Source of the DNA: Bdellovibrionales bacterium RIFOXYD12_FULL_39_22
Lineage (GTDB): Bacteria > Bdellovibrionota > Bacteriovoracia > Bacteriovoracales > Bacteriovoracaceae
Assembly (NCBI GenBank): GCA_001770205.1
Contig: MEQL01000040.1
Coordinates: 62,001-103,748 of the forward strand
Length of the DNA stretch: 41,748 bases
Reading direction: 5' to 3'
The position numbers were made by a program, and so were the translations under genes. The notes below the pieces were generated by a model. The model did no database searches. It worked only from the letters and a program-made list of their open reading frames with translations, and was not told the origin of the DNA. Numbering within the stretch: the first letter of the stretch is position 1; the number at the start of each line of letters is the position of its first letter. Shown here piece by piece: positions 8,828 through 18,740 of this stretch.

Positions 8828-10609
8828 CTAAAATACTCTAATGGCATCTGTTCTACATACTTCTAAGCACATTCCGCAATTGATACAAACCTTTTTATCA
8901 ATTACAAAGGAGCCCAACTGTTTAGGGGTTCCAGAAATGGCACCCACAGGACAGGCCTTTTTGCAAATGCTGCATGCCGTACATTTATCGCTCATGATTT
9001 CGTGGGTGATAAGTTTTTTACAAACTCCGGCACGGCATTTCCTATCCTTAATGTGCTCGATATACTCCTCTTTAAAATATTTCAAAGTGGTGAGTACTGG
9101 ATTGGGGGCAGTTTGCCCTAATCCACAAAGACTTGAGGTTTTAATTTTTTCTGCTAAATCTTCCAACTTGCCTAAATCTTCCATAGTTCCTTCACCATCG
9201 CAAATTTTGGTGAGGAGCTCTTTCATGCGTAAAGTTCCAATCCGACAGAAGGTACATTTGCCACAAGACTCTAGCTGAGTAAATTCTAAAAAGTAGCGTG
9301 CTAAATCCACCATACAGGTTTTTTCGTTCATGACAATCATGCCGCCAGATCCCATGATGGCCCCGGTGGCGTTGATAGTGGCGTATCCAATTGGAGTATC
9401 AAAGAGGGCCTCGGGAACACATCCTCCAGAGGGGCCTCCTAATTGCACGGCCTTTAATTTGCTGCCATCGTGAGATCCTCCGCCAATCTCTTCTAACACT
9501 TCACGAATTTTCATTCCCATGGGAACTTCTACCAATCCACCTTTTTTAATGGCCCCCGCCAGAGCAAATACCTTAGTTCCGCGAGATTCTTCTGTGCCAT
9601 ATTTGGCGTATTCGCTGCCACCTTTGGCCAAAATCCATGGGAGGTTGGCCAGAGTCTCTACGTTATTAATGATAGTTGGAGATTCAAAGAGACCTTTAAT
9701 GGCCGGAAAGGGAGGCCGAATGCGTGGCATTCCGCGTTGCCCTTCGATAGAAGCAATAAGCGCAGTCTCTTCTCCACAAACAAATGCCCCGGCACCTTGT
9801 TTAATTTTAAGATTGAAGGAAAAATTAGATCCTAAAATTTTACTGCCCAAAAATCCTCGCGCTTTGGCCGCCTCGATAGCAATACCAAAATTTTTCACTG
9901 CCAAAGGATATTCTGCGCGGATGTAGGCGTAACCATCAGAAGCACCAATAGCATATGCTGCTATCAACATCCCTTCCAATACGCTGTGCGGGTCACCTTC
10001 TAGCAAAGAGCGATCCATAAACGCGCCTGGGTCACCTTCGTCACCATTGCAGATTAAATACTTCTTTTTACCTTCTGCACCTCGGGCAAAAGTCCATTTC
10101 ATATGGGTAGGAAAACCCGCTCCGCCACGTCCTCTCATTCCAGAGATTTTTACCTCTTCAATAACTTTTTCAGCGGCCATTTTGGATTTGATAATTTTAG
10201 AAATGGCCTCGTATCCTCCGCGTGCAATATACTCGTCGATAGAGGTAGGATCTAACATTCCGACGTTGCGAAGTGCAATACGGGTTTGTCTTTTGAGATA
10301 CAATCCACCCTCTAATTGAGGAGAGTCTGTAGAGCTAAGTAACAATGCAGTCGGGAGTGCTCCCGATCCGCGATGAAAGTCTAAGATTTGTTGAATGTTT
10401 TTTGGGGCAAGTTTTCCATACATAAAACTTTTTTTGGCCCCATCAATAATTTCGGCAATAACCTCTTGATGGCACATGCCTACGCAACCGACGCTTCTTA
10501 TTTTAGCAGTGGGCGCTAGATTTTTAAAGGCCTCTAAAACGGCCAGAGATCCTGCTGCTTTGCCACAGGTTCCTTCTCCTACAATGATTTCTAAATTTTG
10601 ATCACTCAT
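8828..10609 (-). CDS. NuoF/HydB-like NADH-binding FMN subunit with C-terminal 2x[4Fe-4S]
   Basis: GMRGRGGAGFP, CNGDEGDPGAFMDRS, GAFVCGEETAL, GGPSGG, ESCGKCTFCR, CTACSIC and CINCGMC. Confidence 0.95.
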   Translation of the reverse strand: MSDQNLEIIVGEGTCGKAAGSLAVLEAFKNLAPTAKIRSVGCVGMCHQEVIAEIIDGAKKSFMYGKLAPKNIQQILDFHRGSGALPTALLLSSTDSPQLEGGLYLKRQTRIALRNVGMLDPTSIDEYIARGGYEAISKIIKSKMAAEKVIEEVKISGMRGRGGAGFPTHMKWTFARGAEGKKKYLICNGDEGDPGAFMDRSLLEGDPHSVLEGMLIAAYAIGASDGYAYIRAEYPLAVKNFGIAIEAAKARGFLGSKILGSNFSFNLKIKQGAGAFVCGEETALIASIEGQRGMPRIRPPFPAIKGLFESPTIINNVETLANLPWILAKGGSEYAKYGTEESRGTKVFALAGAIKKGGLVEVPMGMKIREVLEEIGGGSHDGSKLKAVQLGGPSGGCVPEALFDTPIGYATINATGAIMGSGGMIVMNEKTCMVDLARYFLEFTQLESCGKCTFCRIGTLRMKELLTKICDGEGTMEDLGKLEDLAEKIKTSSLCGLGQTAPNPVLTTLKYFKEEYIEHIKDRKCRAGVCKKLITHEIMSDKCTACSICKKACPVGAISGTPKQLGSFVIDKKVCINCGMCLEVCRTDAIRVF

Positions 10610-10660
10610 ACTTTTCTACCTTCTTTTCTGCATTTAATTGATACTATTTTTTTTAATTTT

Positions 10661-11164
10661 CTATTTAATAGTTTCATTACTGTTTTTGGCGTGTCTCGAG
10701 AGCGTTTTGCTGGCCGAAGCGCCGGTTAACTCACCGTAAACTTCATTGTCAATGACCATGACTGGGGCCAAACTGCAACAACCAACACACGCGACATCAT
10801 TGAGAGTGTAAGCGCCATTGTTAGTAGTGTCTTGGCCTTTAGGAATTTTTAAATCGTTGGTAATGGCGGTATTTAGCTTGTCGGCACCGCGCACATGACA
10901 GGCGGTGCCATGACAGATTTTAATTAGGTGTCGGCCTACTGGTTTAAGTCGAAACTGGGAGTAAAAAGTGGCAACCCCATAGAGTTGAGAGCCTGTTATC
11001 TGGCTATTTTCTACTACTAAATCCATGGCCTTTTGTGGCAGGTATCCGTAGGTTGATTGAATTTCTTGCAATAGTGGAACGGTAGCAGACGGTTCTGTGC
11101 CGATTTTCTTTATCCACTGCAAAATTAATGACGGGTCTACATTGGCCTCAAGGGATTTCTCCAT
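10661..11164 (-). CDS. NuoE/HydC-like 2Fe-2S subunit
   Basis: YGVATFYSQF, CHGTACHVRG, ACVGCCSLAP; AGGAGG RBS upstream. Confidence 0.95.
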   Translation of the reverse strand: MEKSLEANVDPSLILQWIKKIGTEPSATVPLLQEIQSTYGYLPQKAMDLVVENSQITGSQLYGVATFYSQFRLKPVGRHLIKICHGTACHVRGADKLNTAITNDLKIPKGQDTTNNGAYTLNDVACVGCCSLAPVMVIDNEVYGELTGASASKTLSRHAKNSNETIK

Positions 11165-11251
11165 TGTGGTTCCTCCTGAAAAGAATTTTATAAATTGGTA
11201 TAAAAATTGGTTTAAACATTTTTAAACATTATGCCACCCCTGTCAATCTTA

Positions 11252-11278
11252 TAAATGGAGAGATTAATAGTTCGACAA
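11252..11278 (+). promoter_or_regulatory. Possible sigma-28-like promoter for the downstream receiver gene
   Basis: TAAA-N15-TTCGACAA compared with consensus TAAA-N15-GCCGATAA. Confidence 0.3.
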
Positions 11279-11346
11279 AAAAATAAAAATACTTTTTAAT
11301 ATAATTAGAACGATCTGTTTTTTTAGAGAAGAGGAGATTCTATTTG

Positions 11347-11763
11347 ATGGTATCAAAGCGAGATGAAAAAATGATAGCGGACAGGAGCAAGATTTTATTG
11401 GTGGATGATGAGGAAGGAATTCGTCGCAATATGAAGGCCATGCTAGAGGATTCTGGCCATCAGGTTGTTACCGCCGCCGATGGGGTAGAGGCCTTGCAGA
11501 TTTTTTCTGCTGGCCCGGCCAGCTTTACTTTAATCATTTCGGACATGTCAATGCCGGCCATGACTGGATTGCAATTGATTAAAGAGTGTCGAAAGCATCG
11601 GCCCGATATTTTGGCCATTATCAGTTCTGGATATAGTACAGAGGTTAACGAAGATAATGCTCATAAGTTGGGAATTAATGGATACATTACAAAACCGGCA
11701 TCATTAAAGGCCATTGTGGCCACCGTGAAGTCTGTTTTAGCTAGTGCAGAGAAAGAGAAGTAG
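11347..11763 (+). CDS. Single-domain response regulator (receiver)
   Basis: ILLVDDE, SDMSMP, SSG, TKP; GAGGAG RBS before ATG at 11347. Confidence 0.92.
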   Translation: MVSKRDEKMIADRSKILLVDDEEGIRRNMKAMLEDSGHQVVTAADGVEALQIFSAGPASFTLIISDMSMPAMTGLQLIKECRKHRPDILAIISSGYSTEVNEDNAHKLGINGYITKPASLKAIVATVKSVLASAEKEK

Positions 11764-11764
11764 A

Positions 11765-12736
11765 TTAGCGAATGACCTTGTCTGCACGACGCAAAATATG
11801 AGAGGGGATGGTGATTCCAATTGCGTTAGCAGTTTTTAGATTTATGGCCATGTAGTCTTCGGCAGTTTCTACCGGAATATCGCCAATATTGCGTCCTTTT
11901 AAAACAAGATCTACCAGTCGCGCTACTTGCTTTCCTACTTCAAATCCATCGAAACCGTAACTATAGAGGGCACCTCGGATTACCAGATCGGTGCGGGTAG
12001 AAGATAGAATTAGCTTATGCTTGATGGCGGCAGTAACAAAATCATCAATTTGGGCCATAATCATTCCGTCGCGTGGAAGATAGATGGCGCTTATATCGCC
12101 TGGGAGGTTTGACAACATTTTATTGATTTCTTCGACATTCCTGACTGCCTGTTCTTTAATCTCTATTCCTAAAATTTTAGCGGCCGCCTTTGTATTTTTT
12201 AAGGAAATAGTGGCACTTTTATCGTCTGGATTGTATGGTAGTAAGACGTTTTTGTTTTTAGGTGAAAAATCCAAAATAAGTTGTAGCCGTTTTCCTTCAC
12301 TTTCTGTCAACATTACTCCGGAAATATTTCCCCCCGGATGTTTTTGATTGGTGATTAGTCCTGCACCTACAGGATCATTTACGGGGCCAAAAAGAATAGG
12401 AATTTTATTTTTAATGGTGGCCTTTTGCAAGGCCAAAAGAGGTGGCGTTGGGGCAGAATAAATTAGATCTGGTTTTTGTGCTAGGAGTTTTTCCACTGCT
12501 GAATCTAGTTCGTCAATGCTATCAATGGTGCCATTGAAGAGGTAGTGAATATTTTTTCCTTCCACATAGTTTCGCTCTTGTAGGCCAGCTTTTAGTCCTT
12601 CAAAGTTAGGAAGACTGTTTTTTGTATATAGCAGGATTCCAACTTTTTTTATATTAATCTCGTTGGCAGCATAGATGCTAAGGGTTAGATACGGAAAAAA
12701 GAGAAATAAAAAAAAAGTGGCAAATTTAAATTTCAT
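11765..12736 (-). CDS. ABC-type substrate-binding protein (ABC_sub_bind family), no permease adjacent
   Basis: Signal peptide; YVEGKNI, DPVGAGL, PGGNISG, INLKTANAIGITIP...RADKVI. Confidence 0.9.
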   Translation of the reverse strand: MKFKFATFFLFLFFPYLTLSIYAANEINIKKVGILLYTKNSLPNFEGLKAGLQERNYVEGKNIHYLFNGTIDSIDELDSAVEKLLAQKPDLIYSAPTPPLLALQKATIKNKIPILFGPVNDPVGAGLITNQKHPGGNISGVMLTESEGKRLQLILDFSPKNKNVLLPYNPDDKSATISLKNTKAAAKILGIEIKEQAVRNVEEINKMLSNLPGDISAIYLPRDGMIMAQIDDFVTAAIKHKLILSSTRTDLVIRGALYSYGFDGFEVGKQVARLVDLVLKGRNIGDIPVETAEDYMAINLKTANAIGITIPSHILRRADKVIR

Positions 12737-12855
12737 ATTATTGGCCTTCGTTTATTCGTGTTTTGTGAGAAGATAACTTCTAATTGATCATTTTTCTAGA
12801 TAATTCTTGTGGCGTGAATTAGAATTGTGGCCTAAACGGATATCGCAACCATTCA

Positions 12856-15528
12856 ATGAGGAAAATAGTGTTTAAAAGCATTCGAGTAAGATTGGCCACT
12901 ACCTTCATAAGCTTAACCATACTTCCACTCATTTTAGTTGGGACAATAATTTCGCTAAATAGTTTTTGGGCCTTAAGAGAAGAGGCGATTGGACATCAAA
13001 AATTAGAGGCAACAAGGTTGGCCACCGCAGTGCAAAGTGTTGTTAATGAGGCAGTCAGAGATTTGGAAATGGTTTTTATCGGCCGTGATTTTATTGTCCA
13101 AAAAGAGTTTGATCAAAAAAATATTCTAGCGGAGTTTATGGCCTACGATAATCACTTTCAAGAGATAGTGTTGATGGATAAAAGAGGTAAAGAGTTAATT
13201 CGTGAGGACCGAGCTAAAGTAGTGACGAAGGAGTCGCTACGAGATCGTTCCGATGAGATGATTGTACAAAAAGTATTGGAGCAAAAGCGTAAGATATTTG
13301 GCTCAATTGAATTTGATGCACGCACTGGAGAGCCACTGATGTCTGTTGCGGTTCCAGATATTTCTATTTTAAGTGGAGAAGTAAAATGTCTGCTTATTGG
13401 AAAAATTCGCTTAAAGGCCATTTGGGTTTTACTCGCGGATATTTCTCATGAAGGAGAGGTGGCATTTATTGTAGATAGTCAAAATAATATTGTTGGCCAT
13501 TCTGATCCTTCGGTGGCCTTAAGTGGACAGCGCTTCACTATGCCAAATTTTCCAGAAGGAGTGGTTTATAACCCTAATTCAGGTGCTGTGATTATGGCAA
13601 TTGAAGAAATTGTATTTGGGGATGGCAAGTTATATGCGGTGGCACAGCGTTCAGAAGAATTTGCTATGTCATTGGCATGGAATATCGTAATTATTACGGT
13701 GGCCGTAGTTGTGGTAGCATTAGCGGTGGCAATTTTTATCTCCATTTTTATGATTTCGGCCATTGTTGGGCCGTTGCGAAATTTAGTGGAGGCAGCTCGC
13801 GCTATTCATAGCGGTGATTTATCGGTACAAGTAAAAAACTCTGACTCGGAAGAGTTAGGAGATTTGTCATTGGCATTTAATGCAATGACCGCTAGATTGC
13901 GACAGTCTATCGAAGATTTGGAGCGAGGAATTGCGGAGCGAGAGTTTGAAATTTTAGAGCGCCAAAAAGCAGAGATTGCGTTGAAAGAAAATCGGGCGAC
14001 CTTGCGACAGATCTTGGATACTGTTCCACAATCTATTTTTTGGAAAAGTTTAGAAAGTGTTTATGTGGGGTGTAATGAAGTTTTTGCACAAGCGGTAGGA
14101 TTATCCGATCCAGAGCAGATAGTCGGAAAAACGGATTATGATCTTCCTTGGCCTGTTGACGAGAGAAATAGTTATATTGCAATTGACCAGGAAGTGATCA
14201 AAACAGGACGAATAATAAAGCATATTATTGAACCTTTACAGCAGGCGGATGGTAAGAGGATTTGGATTGATACCACGAAAGTTCCGCTGAAAAATGGGGA
14301 TGGGAAAATTATTGGTGTGTTAGGCGTTTATGAAGATATCACCGATAGGAGGAAGTCCGAAGAGGAGCGGGCCCGCTTGGAAAAACAACTAAGACAATCG
14401 CAAAAGATGGAAGCAATTGGAACGTTAGCGGGAGGTATTGCCCACGATTTTAACAATATTTTGGCCATTATTTTGGGTAGTACTGAGTTGGCGATGGAAG
14501 AAAAAAATTCTAAAAAGCGAGACGAGGAGTTGGCGCAAATTCTATCGGCCGCAGAGCGGGCCAGTGATTTAGTTAAGCAGATTTTGACCTTTGGCCGTCA
14601 AAGTGACGAGAAACGTCGCCCTATGCAAATTTCTCTGGCAATTAAAGAGTCTCTAAAAATGTTACGGGCATCAATTCCCTCCACGATTGAGATCAGACAA
14701 GAGATTGCCTCTCAAGCATACGCGATGGCAGATCCTACTCAGATTCATCAGATTGTAATGAATCTGAGTACTAATGCTTATCATGCTATGCGCGAAAAAG
14801 GGGGAGTGTTGACGGTCTCTTTAAAGGATGTCAATGGTGATGGTGATGGGCTTATATGGACCGAAGAGAGGGCCGGAAGTTATATAAAACTGGAAGTAAA
14901 AGATACTGGGCAAGGAATGAGTGCAGAGGTTAAAGAAAAAATTTTCGAACCATATTTTACGACTAAAAAAATTGGTGATGGAACAGGCCTGGGGCTTGCT
15001 GTTGTGCATGGACTGGTTAAAAGTTATGGTGGGCATATTATCGTAGAGAGTGATTTGGGTAATGGGAGTACATTTTCGGTATATCTCCCCGCACTAAATT
15101 CACAGTTGGAGGAGATTGCTGTTGATAATGCTACTCATAGTTTTAAAGATTTATTAGGTCATGGTGAGAATATTTTATTTGTAGATGATGAAGAGTCTAT
15201 TTGTTCTGTGATTAAACTGATACTTACAAAAAATGGCCACAATGTGGTGACGATGCCCAACGGAGTCGTTGCCTTGGCGGAGTTTCAAAAAAATCCCAAA
15301 AAATTTGATCTATTAATAACAGATATGACTATGCCATACATGACGGGAGCAGAATTAGTACAAAAGGTATTGGGAATTAGGCCGGATCTCCCCATCATTT
15401 TATGTTCGGGACAAAGCGAATTAGTAAATATAGAACAGGCCAAGGCCATGGGGATTGCAGAGTATTTGGCAAAACCAATTTCTAAAAATGATCTACTATC
15501 AGCGGTAAAGAGGGTAATAAAATTATGA
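12856..15528 (+). CDS. Hybrid sensor histidine kinase (TM-Cache-TM-HAMP-PAS-HisKA-HATPase-REC)
   Basis: Two TM segments; [54 protein letters not shown]-terminal receiver. Confidence 0.95.
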   Translation: MRKIVFKSIRVRLATTFISLTILPLILVGTIISLNSFWALREEAIGHQKLEATRLATAVQSVVNEAVRDLEMVFIGRDFIVQKEFDQKNILAEFMAYDNHFQEIVLMDKRGKELIREDRAKVVTKESLRDRSDEMIVQKVLEQKRKIFGSIEFDARTGEPLMSVAVPDISILSGEVKCLLIGKIRLKAIWVLLADISHEGEVAFIVDSQNNIVGHSDPSVALSGQRFTMPNFPEGVVYNPNSGAVIMAIEEIVFGDGKLYAVAQRSEEFAMSLAWNIVIITVAVVVVALAVAIFISIFMISAIVGPLRNLVEAARAIHSGDLSVQVKNSDSEELGDLSLAFNAMTARLRQSIEDLERGIAEREFEILERQKAEIALKENRATLRQILDTVPQSIFWKSLESVYVGCNEVFAQAVGLSDPEQIVGKTDYDLPWPVDERNSYIAIDQEVIKTGRIIKHIIEPLQQADGKRIWIDTTKVPLKNGDGKIIGVLGVYEDITDRRKSEEERARLEKQLRQSQKMEAIGTLAGGIAHDFNNILAIILGSTELAMEEKNSKKRDEELAQILSAAERASDLVKQILTFGRQSDEKRRPMQISLAIKESLKMLRASIPSTIEIRQEIASQAYAMADPTQIHQIVMNLSTNAYHAMREKGGVLTVSLKDVNGDGDGLIWTEERAGSYIKLEVKDTGQGMSAEVKEKIFEPYFTTKKIGDGTGLGLAVVHGLVKSYGGHIIVESDLGNGSTFSVYLPALNSQLEEIAVDNATHSFKDLLGHGENILFVDDEESICSVIKLILTKNGHNVVTMPNGVVALAEFQKNPKKFDLLITDMTMPYMTGAELVQKVLGIRPDLPIILCSGQSELVNIEQAKAMGIAEYLAKPISKNDLLSAVKRVIKL

Positions 15529-18500
15529 ATTGGACGGCCAAGCTTAGCGAAATTTTTGTAAAGAAAGAGAGTCTATCTTTATTAACACTGGTTGCACTTT
15601 TTGCCTGGGGAATACTTTCTTTTTTTGCGACTCCAAAGCAATATAATCCGACGATCATAGCCCCTGCCTTTCAGATTGTAGTTGATTATCCAGGAGCGAC
15701 GCAAAGTGAAGTGTTAGAGCAGGTCACCAAGCCTCTGGAGAATGCCCTCACCGATCTTCACGGGGTAGAAGATATCTATTCGGTAACTACTCAGGGCGGA
15801 CAAGCCGTTGTTAATGTCAATTTTTATGTTGGCGAAGATTTTGATAAGGCCAAAATATCCTTAAGCGATAAAATTCAAAGTGACATGATAAATGCACCGC
15901 CAGGAATCTCTCGTCCGCAGATTAGATCGGTTGATTCGGAAGACGTGCCTATCTTATCTATAGCGTTAGATTCAGATCTGATTGATGCTGTGGACTTACG
16001 CAAATTTGCTTTTAAACTAAGGGATCGATTGCGAGTAATCCAGGGGGCATCGAGAATTAGTGTTATTGGAGGAAGACGGCGAGAATTATCAATTTTGATT
16101 GATCCTCGAGTGTTGGCACAAAAGGCGATTAGACTGGATCAAATTGAAGATTCTATTGCTAAGAATAATCTTTTTTTGCCTTCTGGATTGATAAAGGGAA
16201 AAGAGCAGTATACGCCGGTGGAAGCTTTTGGAATAGTGGAGGCCCCTAGCGATATTCGAGATATTATCGTTATAGCTCATGAGATGAATGCCATTAAATT
16301 AGGGGATCTGGCAAAGGTGGAAGAACAAGTTGTTGAAGTTGACGATTATGTTCGCCATCTAAAGAAAGTGCAAGAGAAAGTAGTAGAAAGAGAAAATGTT
16401 GTGTTGCTTAGTATTTCTAAAATACGAGGCACTAATATTTCGGATGTTACGGAGGCGGTTAATCAGTCTTTAGGCCATTTAAGAAGTGGATTTATTCCAC
16501 CTGAGATACATGCGGAGGTAATAGTTGATGAGGGGTCCGTGGCCAAGGAAGAAATTGATTCGTTAGTGATGAATTTAATCACCTCAGTTATTATAGTAGT
16601 GGTAGTCTTGCTTCTTTTTTTAGATTTGAAGGCCGCTTTAGTTGTGGCGGTGGCCATTCCTCTCACTCTTACTTCTGTTTTTGGTATAGCGCAGCTATCT
16701 GGGCAAAATATTAATCGAATTACTCTATTTGCGTTGATTTTATCACTCGGCCTTTTGGTGGATAATGCTACCGTAATAGTGGAAAATATTGTTCGACGCC
16801 TAAAACTGAAAAAGGCCAATGAAGGAAAAGATGATTTAATTATTGCTTCGGTGGGAGAGGTTGGGCCTGGACTATTTATGTCCACGATCACCACTGTCTT
16901 GGCATTTGTTCCAATGATATTTGTTACCGGAATGATGGGGCCATATATGGGGCCAATTCCTTTTTTTGTTCCTGCCGCCCTTATTGTCTCTTTGCTTTTA
17001 TCTTTTACCTTAAATCCTTGGATGGCATATCGTTTTTTAGATGTTGAATCTACTCCTTCAAAATGGTCTTGGCCTTTTATGTCAAAATTGGGCCGACTGT
17101 TTATGCAGCGTTATGAGTTGTGGTTAGGGAAATTGATTGAGAACAGAAAAAATCGAAATATATTTTTGTTAACTATTTTGGCAGCAGTGGTGTTAGTTTC
17201 TGCTCTTCCGGCCTTTCAATTGGTAAAATTTAGAATGTTACCAAAGGCAGATAAAAAGCAATTTTTTCTTTATGTCGATCTTCCGGCCGGAAGTCCACTG
17301 GATAAAACCTTGCAGGTGGCAAAAAAATTGGAAGAATATTTATTAAAAGAACAAAGCGTTACGATGGTACAAAGCTATGTTGGCCATCCACCGATCATGG
17401 ATTTTAACGGATTGTTTCGAGGCGTGGAGGCCAGGCGCTTTGCGCATCAGGCAACGATGCGGATAGGTCTAGTTGATCCTGCTAAGCGCGATCGGAAATC
17501 AGAAGATTTAGTTTTGGCCTGGCGTCCACTGATAAATGCTAAAATTAAAAAAGATTTTCCTGATTTAGAGATTAAGTTAAAATTGGTGGAAGATCCTCCT
17601 GGCCCACCAGTTTTGTCTACGCTATTGTTGCGAGTGCAGGGGCAGGATATAGATTTTTTAAAGAAAGTGTCCGCAGATATTTCTCCGGTTATTTATGGAA
17701 TTGATCAGGTCGTTGATACCGATACTTCTGTCCCACAGGCCACTACCACTTTGGAGATAAAGGTTCGACATTCTTTGGCCTCCATGATGCGTGTTACTCC
17801 TTATGAAATAGTGGCGACACTGAATAGTTATTACTCGGGAAAAATTGTTGGCATTTATCATAGTGGGGATAATATTGAAGATGAGAAAATTATGATCCGA
17901 CTAGAGAAGAATTTTCGCTTAACGCGAGAGGGATTGTCTCAAATATATTTGCAAAATACGTTGAGAAATCCAGTAAGCTTGTCACAATTGGTAGATATTT
18001 TGGAAGTTGAAACAGTGACGCCTATTCGGCGAGAAAATCGAATGAATACAGTCTATATCTATGGTGATATGGCAAAACGCTCTATAACTTATGCGGCCAT
18101 CGACTTACTTAAATTTTTATATGATTATCGACTTCCTGATGGGAAAGGAGAATTAGTTAAGTTCTCTTTGTTTGGAGCATCTTATCGAAGCGCAAGTGGA
18201 CAAGAGATGGAAATTTCCTTTGGGGGCGAATGGGAATTAACCTTAGAGGTGTTTCGCGATTTGGGGTTGGCCATGCTGGTAGCAATTTTTTTAATCTATT
18301 TTGTGTTAGTGGCACAGTTTGGCTCTTTTTCTGAATCCATTTTAATTATTTCTACCATACCACTGGGGGCCATTGGAGTACTTCCCGGATTTATGATTTT
18401 GGGATGGTCCAGCGGTATTTATTTTACGGCCACTTCGATGATCGGCATGATTGCTTTGGCCGGGATTGCTGTTAACAATGCTATTTTGCTTCTAGAGTAC

Positions 18501-18740
18501 GTCAACGATGAGAAGAAAAGGGGGAGTCCAATTAATCGCGCCCTCTATGATGCTTGTCTAGTGAGATTTCGGCCAATAATGTTAACAACAGCAACTACAC
18601 TACTGGGGTCTTTAACCATTATTAATGATCCAGTATGGGCCGGATTAGCATTTTCTTTGCTCTTTGGCCTAGGAATGTCCACGGTTTTAACTCTCTTGGT
18701 TTTTCCGGCCCTGTATATGGTGATGATTAAATCATCCTAG
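15525..18740 (+). CDS. RND efflux permease (AcrB/AcrD/AcrF family)
   Basis: 1071 aa; YPGAT...V...LE; GLLVDNATVIVENI; RFRPIMLT; ATGA overlap with the kinase stop. Confidence 0.93.
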   Translation: MNWTAKLSEIFVKKESLSLLTLVALFAWGILSFFATPKQYNPTIIAPAFQIVVDYPGATQSEVLEQVTKPLENALTDLHGVEDIYSVTTQGGQAVVNVNFYVGEDFDKAKISLSDKIQSDMINAPPGISRPQIRSVDSEDVPILSIALDSDLIDAVDLRKFAFKLRDRLRVIQGASRISVIGGRRRELSILIDPRVLAQKAIRLDQIEDSIAKNNLFLPSGLIKGKEQYTPVEAFGIVEAPSDIRDIIVIAHEMNAIKLGDLAKVEEQVVEVDDYVRHLKKVQEKVVERENVVLLSISKIRGTNISDVTEAVNQSLGHLRSGFIPPEIHAEVIVDEGSVAKEEIDSLVMNLITSVIIVVVVLLLFLDLKAALVVAVAIPLTLTSVFGIAQLSGQNINRITLFALILSLGLLVDNATVIVENIVRRLKLKKANEGKDDLIIASVGEVGPGLFMSTITTVLAFVPMIFVTGMMGPYMGPIPFFVPAALIVSLLLSFTLNPWMAYRFLDVESTPSKWSWPFMSKLGRLFMQRYELWLGKLIENRKNRNIFLLTILAAVVLVSALPAFQLVKFRMLPKADKKQFFLYVDLPAGSPLDKTLQVAKKLEEYLLKEQSVTMVQSYVGHPPIMDFNGLFRGVEARRFAHQATMRIGLVDPAKRDRKSEDLVLAWRPLINAKIKKDFPDLEIKLKLVEDPPGPPVLSTLLLRVQGQDIDFLKKVSADISPVIYGIDQVVDTDTSVPQATTTLEIKVRHSLASMMRVTPYEIVATLNSYYSGKIVGIYHSGDNIEDEKIMIRLEKNFRLTREGLSQIYLQNTLRNPVSLSQLVDILEVETVTPIRRENRMNTVYIYGDMAKRSITYAAIDLLKFLYDYRLPDGKGELVKFSLFGASYRSASGQEMEISFGGEWELTLEVFRDLGLAMLVAIFLIYFVLVAQFGSFSESILIISTIPLGAIGVLPGFMILGWSSGIYFTATSMIGMIALAGIAVNNAILLLEYVNDEKKRGSPINRALYDACLVRFRPIMLTTATTLLGSLTIINDPVWAGLAFSLLFGLGMSTVLTLLVFPALYMVMIKSS

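Noticed and set aside
8828..11164. Respiratory complex I (nuoEF) operon
   Set aside because: No membrane nuo genes are adjacent, and the NuoF-like protein has HydB-type extra domains.
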